A stretch of 32,807 nucleotides of DNA, taken from a virus (taxonomy: Duplodnaviria; Caudoviricetes). The translations under genes and the position numbers were made by a program. A model generated the notes under the pieces. That model was not told the DNA's origin. It saw only the letters and a list, made by a program, of their open reading frames with translations, and did not search any database. The stretch spans positions 1 to 32,807 of the IMG/VR virus record IMGVR_UViG_3300030372_003948. The stretch is one strand, 5' to 3'. This document shows, one piece after another, positions 1 to 6,705 of this stretch (position 1 is its first letter; every line of letters begins with the position of its first letter).

Positions 1-48
1 ATAGAAATGTGGGATATAGAAGAAGAAGGAGATATAAAAGAAATATGA
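1..48 (+). CDS. 3' end of an upstream gene (partial; ...IEMWDIEEEGDIKEI*)
   Basis: Frame +1 is open from base 1 to TGA at 46-48, overlapping the PolB ATG (ATGA at 45-48). The same coupling style is used across the window. Confidence 0.6.
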   Translation: MEMWDIEEEGDIKEI

Positions 49-2264
49 AAGTACCCCTAATAGCCACAGTAAACCATCGAACAATAGACCTGAGAGATGG
101 TTCATTAAAAGTAAAAATATATCGTAATAGTTCTACCGAAGCAGCTACAAGTCCTTATATTCCTTATTACTTCACAGAAGATGATAAGGGTAAAGAGTAT
201 AGATTAGTTGCTAGTGATAAGAACGTTAAACTCTCAAAACATAACTATGTTCCTAAGAGAGATGCCGTGCCGCCTCATGCGCTTTATGATGGTGGGCGTG
301 AAGCCTTAATGGAAAGATTGTGTATTGAACATCCTGAGTTCTTTAGTCAGTTCCCTAATACTGACGATGTAAAGACTTTAGTGTTTGATATAGAAACACA
401 TTCTCCCGATGGTAGTTTTCCTTTCGGGGAAGATTACCCAGTTGTCGCTATAGGTATAGTCACGTCTTCCGGAGAGCGTGAGGTATTCTTATGGGATGGT
501 GAAGATGATAGAGATGTTTTACTAAAGTTTGCTGCCTATGTTAATGATTATGACCCAGACATAGTATGTGGTTATAATCTTGTGGGGTATGATATACCTC
601 AGATATTACATAGGGCTAACTTTCATGGCTTAAAAGGGTATAAAAAGATTCTCAACAGAGATAATACTGAATGGGGATGGGAGTCCCCTGAGAATCAAAA
701 GGAACTTAAGATGCAAGCCGGAGGGCGCATAGTTCTAGATTTACTGAGATGGACACGCCTAGATTACTCCCTATCAGGCATACCACGTGGTCTAAAAAGT
801 GTTGCTAGAAATTTTGGTCTCGAACCTATTGAGCTAGATTTCGCTAACAATGCTTTACTGGACTACCCTATTGAAGAGATACACGACTATGTCCTTAGTG
901 ATGTAGACGCTACTATGTATCTATTCAATCATTACTTCCCTCAGATACAGTATATCGCAGAAACTTTATGCGTTCCACTGGCAACATATGTCAATGCTCC
1001 ATCTAGTTATATAACTAAAATATTACAAGGGAGGAGCTTATTCGAGCAAGGCATAGTAACGCTTGATAAGAATAAGGAAAGACACCCAGAGATATTTAAA
1101 GCAGACAGGGGTAACTATCAAGCTGCCCACATAGAGCTTTATAGCCCCGGTTTCCATGCTAGAAATATAAAGGTAGACTTCAGTTCTTTCTACCCATCTA
1201 TAGCTATGGCACTGAATTTAGGCCCTGATACAACAGAAATTGTAGGATATGAAGACTATTCAGAAGATTTAGAATTTAAAGATAACATACTTTATATCCC
1301 TGATAACAGGGTGGGTAAAAGACTAAAGATTAAAATAGATACTTCTAGGAAGAGTTGTCTATATAACATGTGTAAAGAGTTTAAAGAAATGCGAAAGCCT
1401 TATAAACTTGGTTCAACGAAAGAAGATAAGAGCAAATCCAATGCTCTTAAAATAATGGTGAATACTTTCTATGGAGCAAACGCTAATCCTTATATCTCTT
1501 ATGGTGACATGGGTGTTGGTCTTACTATCACGGCAACGGCACGTTGGTTACTTCTATCGGCCGTGGATATTATCCGTAGCAGATATGGAGAGGATGCTGT
1601 GGTATATGTACATACAGATGGGATTAATACTAATGTGGATGTTGATGAGTCATGGTTAACAAATCGTTTGAGGTTGTTGCTTAAGCATGTTGTTCCTGAT
1701 GCTGAGTCTGAACATATTGCGATGGATAAAGACTACTTTAAGGAAGGTGTATGGTTACAAGTAGGTAACTATGTATTACGTAATGAAGATGGTTCTTTAA
1801 CTAAACATGGTAGTACGTTTAAAGCTACGAGTAGGTCTAAGTTCTATCTTAAAGTATTAGATAGAGTTATAAATAATAGAATTAACAATACCATAACTCC
1901 TAGTTTTATAGATAAACTATATGACTTACAAGAGTATGAGTTGTCTGATTTTGTTATGCGTAAAAGTCAAGGTCGTAAGAGAGAAGATTATAAATCAGAA
2001 ACAGATTTGATTCTTACCTTGATGGACCAAGGTAAAGATATAGGTATTATACCATCTGAAGGCACTACATATTATTATATCAAGTGTAAGGATGGTTACA
2101 AACTAGAGTCTTTAGTTAAAGATATAGATGAAGTAGATATAAGATACTATTGGGATACAATTAGTACCTTACTACAAAAGTTTCAGTTAGCTGATTGGGT
2201 GAAGAAGAAACCACCTATCACTTTACTGGATAAAAAACAACAGAGTTTGATGTCTTGGATATAG
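45..2264 (+). CDS. polB: Family B DNA polymerase with 3'-5' exonuclease and C-terminal PIP box
   Basis: ExoI VFDIETH, ExoII GYNLVGYD, ExoIII YVLSDV, motif A DFSSFYPSI, motif B KIMVNTFYG, motif C YVHTDG, C-terminal QQSLMSWI (QxxLxxW). Start moved from 9 to the ATG at 45 (ATGA overlap). Confidence 0.97.
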   Translation: MKVPLIATVNHRTIDLRDGSLKVKIYRNSSTEAATSPYIPYYFTEDDKGKEYRLVASDKNVKLSKHNYVPKRDAVPPHALYDGGREALMERLCIEHPEFFSQFPNTDDVKTLVFDIETHSPDGSFPFGEDYPVVAIGIVTSSGEREVFLWDGEDDRDVLLKFAAYVNDYDPDIVCGYNLVGYDIPQILHRANFHGLKGYKKILNRDNTEWGWESPENQKELKMQAGGRIVLDLLRWTRLDYSLSGIPRGLKSVARNFGLEPIELDFANNALLDYPIEEIHDYVLSDVDATMYLFNHYFPQIQYIAETLCVPLATYVNAPSSYITKILQGRSLFEQGIVTLDKNKERHPEIFKADRGNYQAAHIELYSPGFHARNIKVDFSSFYPSIAMALNLGPDTTEIVGYEDYSEDLEFKDNILYIPDNRVGKRLKIKIDTSRKSCLYNMCKEFKEMRKPYKLGSTKEDKSKSNALKIMVNTFYGANANPYISYGDMGVGLTITATARWLLLSAVDIIRSRYGEDAVVYVHTDGINTNVDVDESWLTNRLRLLLKHVVPDAESEHIAMDKDYFKEGVWLQVGNYVLRNEDGSLTKHGSTFKATSRSKFYLKVLDRVINNRINNTITPSFIDKLYDLQEYELSDFVMRKSQGRKREDYKSETDLILTLMDQGKDIGIIPSEGTTYYYIKCKDGYKLESLVKDIDEVDIRYYWDTISTLLQKFQLADWVKKKPPITLLDKKQQSLMSWI

Positions 2265-2266
2265 GG

Positions 2267-2282
2267 CAAGCTTTATATACTA
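2267..2282 (+). promoter_or_regulatory. Archaeal-type TATA promoter CAAGCTTTATATACTA
   Basis: TTTATATA at 2272-2279 in one of the few intergenic gaps; the identical 16-mer occurs on the - strand at 24145-24160. Confidence 0.75.
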
Positions 2283-2300
2283 ATTCCTCATAACTAGTAA

Positions 2301-2326
2301 TAGGATGACACGAGCTGTCACTCCTA
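2301..2326 (+). promoter_or_regulatory. 5' leader stem-loop
   Basis: TAGGA-TGACA cgagc TGTCA-C-TCCTA: a 10-bp stem with one bulge, starting about 22 nt after the TATA box, near the expected transcript 5' end. Confidence 0.5.
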
Positions 2327-2348
2327 CTACATTGAGAAGTGTGATAAA

Positions 2349-2543
2349 ATGGATGAAAATGATAATAGAAGTGTTGCTTCCTTTTTAAAAGAAGCAGAAG
2401 TCAAAGTGGTTTGGCGAGAAGAGGATAAGACGAAAGTCGGAAGAGGAAAAATTATTAATGATGATTTAAATTTTGTATACCTTAGTGGTGAAAAGGGAAC
2501 CGTTATAGTTAACAAAAGGGATATCATAGCTATTAAACAATAA
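2349..2543 (+). CDS. Small Sm/Hfq-like beta-barrel protein (64 aa)
   Basis: Short N-terminal helix, then VKVVW..GRGKIINDDLNFVYL..TVIVNKRDIIAI, resembling the Hfq Sm1 (G.I..FD.F.ILL) and Sm2 (MVYKHAISTV) patterns. GTGAT Shine-Dalgarno upstream. Confidence 0.55.
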   Translation: MDENDNRSVASFLKEAEVKVVWREEDKTKVGRGKIINDDLNFVYLSGEKGTVIVNKRDIIAIKQ

Positions 2544-2545
2544 CT

Positions 2546-4042
2546 ATGTTACAAAACCCAGACGTTAGCCAACCAGTTCAAAATCATGAATGGAAAACAC
2601 CAAAGAAAGATAAACTAAGGATAATGCCCATATCAGATAGTCCATGGGCTCCTACTGGATTTGGGACTAATACTAAAAATGTATCTGCTATACTATGTGA
2701 AGACGGACATCATATAGGATATGGAGGGTGTCAAAACCAATCGCATAGACCTTATGATATACCGTGGCCTCTTAATCAAACAGAGAAAGTACAAACAGTA
2801 GAGAATCTACCTATACAGTATGGTGGTCAGGAAAGGTATGGAGAGAAATCTTTTCCCTCATGGGTGAAAAATTTCAGACCTGATATTATATTAACCCATT
2901 TAGATTTCCAAATGTTTGCTCATGTAGCTGAACATAAAAGACCAAATCAAGCTACTATACCTTTATATGATGACGATACAAAAGAATTACTAAACCGAGC
3001 AGATAGAAGTAAGATGCTTAGCGATATATTCAAAAAAGTATCTAGAGGACCACCATGGAAATGGGCTGCTGTTATACCTATAGATGGTACACCTCCTTTA
3101 GCGATGTGGCAAGAACCTATTAATAGAATGGATTATAAATTATGTATGTCTAGATATGGACAGAAAGTATTAAACACTTATTTCAAAGGATGTGAAGATA
3201 GTATCTATATGCCACATGGTGTGGATTGTAATTTCTTTAAACCTAAATTGAATCCTCTGTATGGTGAAAAGCCACTGAAAGATATAGCAGGAGATGCATT
3301 TATAGTAGGATGTGTAGCACGTAATCAACACCGTAAAAATATACCCCAACTGATAAAGGGATTTAAAGAGTTTGTTGACCGTAATGATTTAACACCTAAA
3401 GATGCTAGATTAGTATTACATATGGATTGGAATGATGCTATGGGATGGAGATTCCCTGACTTCGCTGAACAATATGGTGTAAAGGATTTCTTAATGCCTC
3501 CTTTGATGGGTCATCTAGACAACGGACAAGCTTTATCAGAACATGGTATGGTAGATTTATATAACTGCTTAGATGTATTTGTATTACCTACTGCTGGTGA
3601 AGGATTTGGTATACCCACTATAGAAGCGATGGCTTGTGGAACTCCTGTTGCAGTAACTAATTACACAACTGCTTGGGAGATAATAAAAGAAGATAACCCA
3701 GAGACAGCAGATATACCCTTATATCCATGTGGTGGAGATATGTTAGGTAGTGAATCTACGAATGGTAGAGACAAATTAATACCTGAGGATATTTGTGATG
3801 CTGGTATATTGTTACCATATAAAGATATGTGGTGGGATACACCTGCAAGAGCAGCTCCTCACAGAGCAATCTGTTCTGCAATAGCTATAGCTGATGCATG
3901 TGATTATTATTATCATAACGCTGATAAAAAATTAGAAGCTTCACAAGCAGCGAGAAAGAAAGCCAAGAAAGAATATGACTGGAGTGTTGTACAACAAAGG
4001 TGGCTTAAACTTGCATCTCGTTGGGAGAAAGAATGCAGTTAG
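2546..4042 (+). CDS. GT-B fold glycosyltransferase (GT4-like)
   Basis: DVFVLPTAGEGFGIPTIEAMACGTPV (E-x7-E), PHGVD, VARNQHRKN, N-terminal SDSPWAPTGFG, C-terminal YDW. Confidence 0.93.
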   Translation: MLQNPDVSQPVQNHEWKTPKKDKLRIMPISDSPWAPTGFGTNTKNVSAILCEDGHHIGYGGCQNQSHRPYDIPWPLNQTEKVQTVENLPIQYGGQERYGEKSFPSWVKNFRPDIILTHLDFQMFAHVAEHKRPNQATIPLYDDDTKELLNRADRSKMLSDIFKKVSRGPPWKWAAVIPIDGTPPLAMWQEPINRMDYKLCMSRYGQKVLNTYFKGCEDSIYMPHGVDCNFFKPKLNPLYGEKPLKDIAGDAFIVGCVARNQHRKNIPQLIKGFKEFVDRNDLTPKDARLVLHMDWNDAMGWRFPDFAEQYGVKDFLMPPLMGHLDNGQALSEHGMVDLYNCLDVFVLPTAGEGFGIPTIEAMACGTPVAVTNYTTAWEIIKEDNPETADIPLYPCGGDMLGSESTNGRDKLIPEDICDAGILLPYKDMWWDTPARAAPHRAICSAIAIADACDYYYHNADKKLEASQAARKKAKKEYDWSVVQQRWLKLASRWEKECS

Positions 4043-4392
4043 TGTTTGGCTTAGAAAATGTTATACTTAAGCCTGAAGATGAATTACTATGGAAGTTCTG
4101 TCACCCAATAGCTAATGTAATAGAATTTATGCAGTGGTTAAAAAATAATAAACATCATATAACTATATGGACAACACGTCCTAATACATTAGATTCTAAA
4201 TTTGTTACAGAACAATGGTTAGAAATAGAACAAGTGCCATATGATAGGCTTTTGTTTGATAGGCCTAAGAACGCCTACTTTGTAGACGAAGCACCCCCTA
4301 ATGCTAAGTATCATAAAAATATAGGGGACAACAACCTAGTAGCTATGCTATTTGAGGAATGGAAAGAATGGAAAAATACGCAAAAGGATTAG
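4033..4392 (+). CDS. HAD-superfamily-like protein with degenerate catalytic motifs
   Basis: Layout of a capless HAD (LVF-G-L-E-NVI ... ITIWTTR ... TEQWL ... PYDRLLFDRP ... YFVDE), but motif I DxD reads GLE. Start placed at ATG 4033, downstream of GGAG. Confidence 0.7.
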   Translation: MQLVFGLENVILKPEDELLWKFCHPIANVIEFMQWLKNNKHHITIWTTRPNTLDSKFVTEQWLEIEQVPYDRLLFDRPKNAYFVDEAPPNAKYHKNIGDNNLVAMLFEEWKEWKNTQKD

Positions 4393-4727
4393 GGGGTCAA
4401 GGCCCTCTAGTAAAAGTCACATGGAATGACGCAGCCCAGCAGATAAAAATACACACACTGGATTTTAATAATCCTTTGAATCACATGGCAGTATGTGAGA
4501 CTATAGGAGAGCTTGTGTTTAGAGACAGTAAAGCTTTAATACTGGTCCAACATTGGTCAGATACAGATGGTGTGGATATCTTAGCGATACCTAGAGATTG
4601 GTGTCAGAAGATAGAAGTATTAGAAAAAGTAGGAGAAGAAATAACAGACCCATGTATTATAGAGAATTTGGAATCCCAGCAAGAATCGCCAAGTGCGACT
4701 CAGTCGAAGGGCTCGAAGAAGAAATAA
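4368..4727 (+). CDS. Viral hypothetical protein (VxWxDA...TxG...IP pattern; possible Sm-like barrel)
   Basis: LVKVTWNDA ... CETIGELV ... LILVQ ... LAIPRDWCQKI, a pattern I recognise from uncharacterised phage proteins. GAGGA lies 9 nt before ATG 4368 (alternative start 4359). Confidence 0.7.
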   Translation: MEKYAKGLGGQGPLVKVTWNDAAQQIKIHTLDFNNPLNHMAVCETIGELVFRDSKALILVQHWSDTDGVDILAIPRDWCQKIEVLEKVGEEITDPCIIENLESQQESPSATQSKGSKKK

Positions 4728-5725
4728 AGAAGTACAACGGGAAAAAGAATTGTTATGCAAGTGTATATGTATTTGACAGTTCTCAAGATAAACCTGATGG
4801 AAAAACTAATTACGAGACTGCCGTACTTAATACAGTTTGGTTTGACTTTGACGATAATAAGGATGTAAAGAAATGTTTGATGGATGTGAGGAGATTTATA
4901 CGCCGGTTCTGCAAACCACTAGGAATTACCCCAAGGATATATCTTACAGGGGGAAAGGGCTTTCAAATGAATATAGACTTTTATTGCCCAGTGGACTTGC
5001 CCCAGCATATAAAGAGAACAGCAATCAAAGAATATCTCAAACATTTAAAACAGAAGTATAGTTTGAAAACACTAGATGACATATGTATAAACAACAGTGT
5101 GTCATGTATGAGACGTATAGTCAACACTGCTTATATATCTAAGTTAACTAATGAACCAACGGGTGTATGGTGTACACAGTTCACAGTTGATGAAGTCATG
5201 AAAACAGGTATTGAAGAGTTGTATGCAATGGCTATGGAAGAAAGTGGTAGAGTTATACCATCTGAACCAAGTAAAAAAGCATTGAGAAACTTTGTAGAAT
5301 TTGTTTGTGATTACTATAAGATAGAGCATACAGTATCATATAGCATAGAGTATCTATTAAACAAGATAGATGAAGCAACAAGCTCTATTAGTCATAGCTA
5401 TAGTATAAGCAATGAATATATTAAGCCCCCTAGAGAGTGTATAATAAAGCTAATAGAGCGTAATATAGAGCGTGGACATAGCAGCCACGAGAATAATAAT
5501 GTAATAGCTACTGAACTAGTAGCAGCAGGTTATAAGAATAGAGACATTTACTTTATCTTTAACAGTATATATGATGAACCCGGTGGTGACTGGGGTTGGT
5601 ATACTGACAATCCTAATAAAGCGGGTCGCCAAATTGACCTGATTAGGTCGAAAGCTTTAAATAGGTATTCAAAGGATAAGTTAATACAAATGAACATATG
5701 CACAGACAAATGTGGATGTGTTTAG
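4652..5725 (+). CDS. Archaeo-eukaryotic primase: PriS catalytic domain fused to a PriL C-terminal-like domain
   Basis: N-terminal REFG, motif I WFDFD (4838-4852), motif II TGGKGFQ, motif III DD...MRRIVNT. C-terminal PPRECI...HSSHENNNVIATEL...GY...RYS...ICTDKCGC resembles the PriL Fe-S domain. Start moved to ATG 4652. Confidence 0.85.
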   Translation: MYYREFGIPARIAKCDSVEGLEEEIKKYNGKKNCYASVYVFDSSQDKPDGKTNYETAVLNTVWFDFDDNKDVKKCLMDVRRFIRRFCKPLGITPRIYLTGGKGFQMNIDFYCPVDLPQHIKRTAIKEYLKHLKQKYSLKTLDDICINNSVSCMRRIVNTAYISKLTNEPTGVWCTQFTVDEVMKTGIEELYAMAMEESGRVIPSEPSKKALRNFVEFVCDYYKIEHTVSYSIEYLLNKIDEATSSISHSYSISNEYIKPPRECIIKLIERNIERGHSSHENNNVIATELVAAGYKNRDIYFIFNSIYDEPGGDWGWYTDNPNKAGRQIDLIRSKALNRYSKDKLIQMNICTDKCGCV

Positions 5726-5736
5726 GAGAAAGAGAA

Positions 5737-6105
5737 ATGGCAACATTGAAAAGACTAGAGAAACGTGTGAACGAAATAGAAGACTGGGTAAAGGACTACG
5801 AGAAAGGAACAGGTCCCTCTCAGACAATGGACAATCTCAACTTCTTAGTTGGGCAGACAAGGATGTTAGCAGAACAGATGCAGAACTTGAGTAATCAAAA
5901 CCAAGAACTAAATTCTATTCTACAAACAAACCATGCTTACTTAGAAGAGTACCTAGAGAAAGAAGATTTGGTTATACCATGGCAAGCTTTCCTAGAAAAT
6001 AAAAACAAGGAACAACAAGATGCCCTTCAAAAGTCAGAAACAGAGAGCTTGGATGTACAAGAACAAGCCCAAGATGGCGAAGAAGTGGGAGAAGGAGACG
6101 CCTAA
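5737..6105 (+). CDS. Coiled-coil protein with acidic tail
   Basis: AGGAG 8 nt before ATG 5737; heptad-like LKRLEKRVNEIEDWV and LAEQMQNLSNQNQELNSIL. Confidence 0.8.
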   Translation: MATLKRLEKRVNEIEDWVKDYEKGTGPSQTMDNLNFLVGQTRMLAEQMQNLSNQNQELNSILQTNHAYLEEYLEKEDLVIPWQAFLENKNKEQQDALQKSETESLDVQEQAQDGEEVGEGDA

Positions 6106-6175
6106 GAGCGCCAAACTCCCCCGCAAAGTAAAGCCAAAGAAGAAGAAAGCGGGACGCCGCAAAAAGAAAAAGTGA
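6020..6175 (+). CDS. 51-aa very basic protein MPFKSQKQRAWMYKNKPKMAKKWEKETPKSAKLPRKVKPKKKKAGRRKKKK (not in ORF track)
   Basis: Translated by hand; AAGGA at 6007-6011; 24 of 51 residues are K/R. The MPFKS..QR.WM....P..AKKW..ETP pattern is one I recognise from small phage proteins. Confidence 0.8.
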   Translation: MPFKSQKQRAWMYKNKPKMAKKWEKETPKSAKLPRKVKPKKKKAGRRKKKK

Positions 6176-6179
6176 TATC

Positions 6180-6320
6180 ATGGCAGATAAAAAAGCAAGT
6201 AAGAAAGACGTTGACGTCAAAAAAGCTGCTGAAGCAGTAGAACAATTCACCATTGTTAAAATCAGTGGAGAAACATACAGAAAGTATGAAGATGGTCGTT
6301 TGATGAATGTGGAGGCCTAA
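6180..6320 (+). CDS. 46-aa protein MADKKASKKDVDVKKAAEAVEQFTIVKISGETYRKYEDGRLMNVEA (not in ORF track)
   Basis: GTGAT Shine-Dalgarno before ATG 6180; fills the gap between neighbours almost exactly; codon usage matches flanking genes. Confidence 0.75.
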   Translation: MADKKASKKDVDVKKAAEAVEQFTIVKISGETYRKYEDGRLMNVEA

Positions 6321-6322
6321 GA

Positions 6323-6514
6323 ATGGCAGCTAAGAAAACAACCAAGAAAGAAGCAGCAAAGAAAGAAGCTGTTAAAGAAGAAGTAAAAAAACCAGAAGTA
6401 GAAATGGTTACAGTTATGAGATTTAATAAAGTCTTCAATAAGAGAGAGAAGATGACAGTTGCTCGTGACGAAATATTACACGGATACTACGGCGATATCG
6501 TAGTTGAAGAGTAA
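6323..6514 (+). CDS. 63-aa hypothetical protein with K/E/A-rich N-terminus
   Basis: GGAGG at 6311-6315; ATG 2 nt after the previous stop. Confidence 0.8.
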   Translation: MAAKKTTKKEAAKKEAVKEEVKKPEVEMVTVMRFNKVFNKREKMTVARDEILHGYYGDIVVEE

Positions 6515-6633
6515 TGCCTGAGTTAAACTACAAGTTAGCATCAGGTTTCGAAACTTCAAACCAAGTGTGTAAGTGCGATTCTGAAGATGAGGATTGCACC
6601 TGCGCACGCAGGGTTTTGATAAGTTATCAATAA
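6514..6633 (+). CDS. 39-aa Cys-motif microprotein MPELNYKLASGFETSNQVCKCDSEDEDCTCARRVLISYQ (not in ORF track)
   Basis: TAATG overlap with the previous stop; CxC-x6-CxC motif; followed immediately by a T7 run. Confidence 0.6.
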   Translation: MPELNYKLASGFETSNQVCKCDSEDEDCTCARRVLISYQ

Positions 6634-6640
6634 TTTTTTT
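6616..6640 (+). terminator. Inverted repeat plus oligo-T, probable end of the 2349-6633 operon
   Basis: TTGATAA-G-TTATCAA (6616-6630) followed by TAATTTTTTT; oligo-T runs are the typical archaeal terminator. Confidence 0.5.
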
Positions 6641-6646
6641 AATTTA

Positions 6647-6663
6647 AGAAAAGGCTTTTATAG
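6647..6663 (+). promoter_or_regulatory. Probable BRE/TATA promoter for the RNR gene
   Basis: Purine-rich AGAAAAGG then CTTTTATAG, resembling the AAGCTTTATATA promoters; lies in the intergenic gap. Confidence 0.55.
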
Positions 6664-6705
6664 TAGCCCTATACTATAGTAATGAACCGCGAAAGGAGTG
6701 GTAAA

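Noticed and set aside
9-44. Arg-rich N-terminal extension of PolB (MGYRRRRRYKRN) in the ORF track
   Set aside because: It is the alternate-frame reading of the upstream gene's acidic end; the ATGA overlap at 45-48 marks the likelier start.
6634-6705. Possible cobalamin riboswitch ahead of nrdJ
   Set aside because: The gap is only ~70 nt and AT-rich with no B12 box. Only a weak 5-bp stem (ACCGC/GTGGT, 6686-6702) overlaps the Shine-Dalgarno, too little to call.
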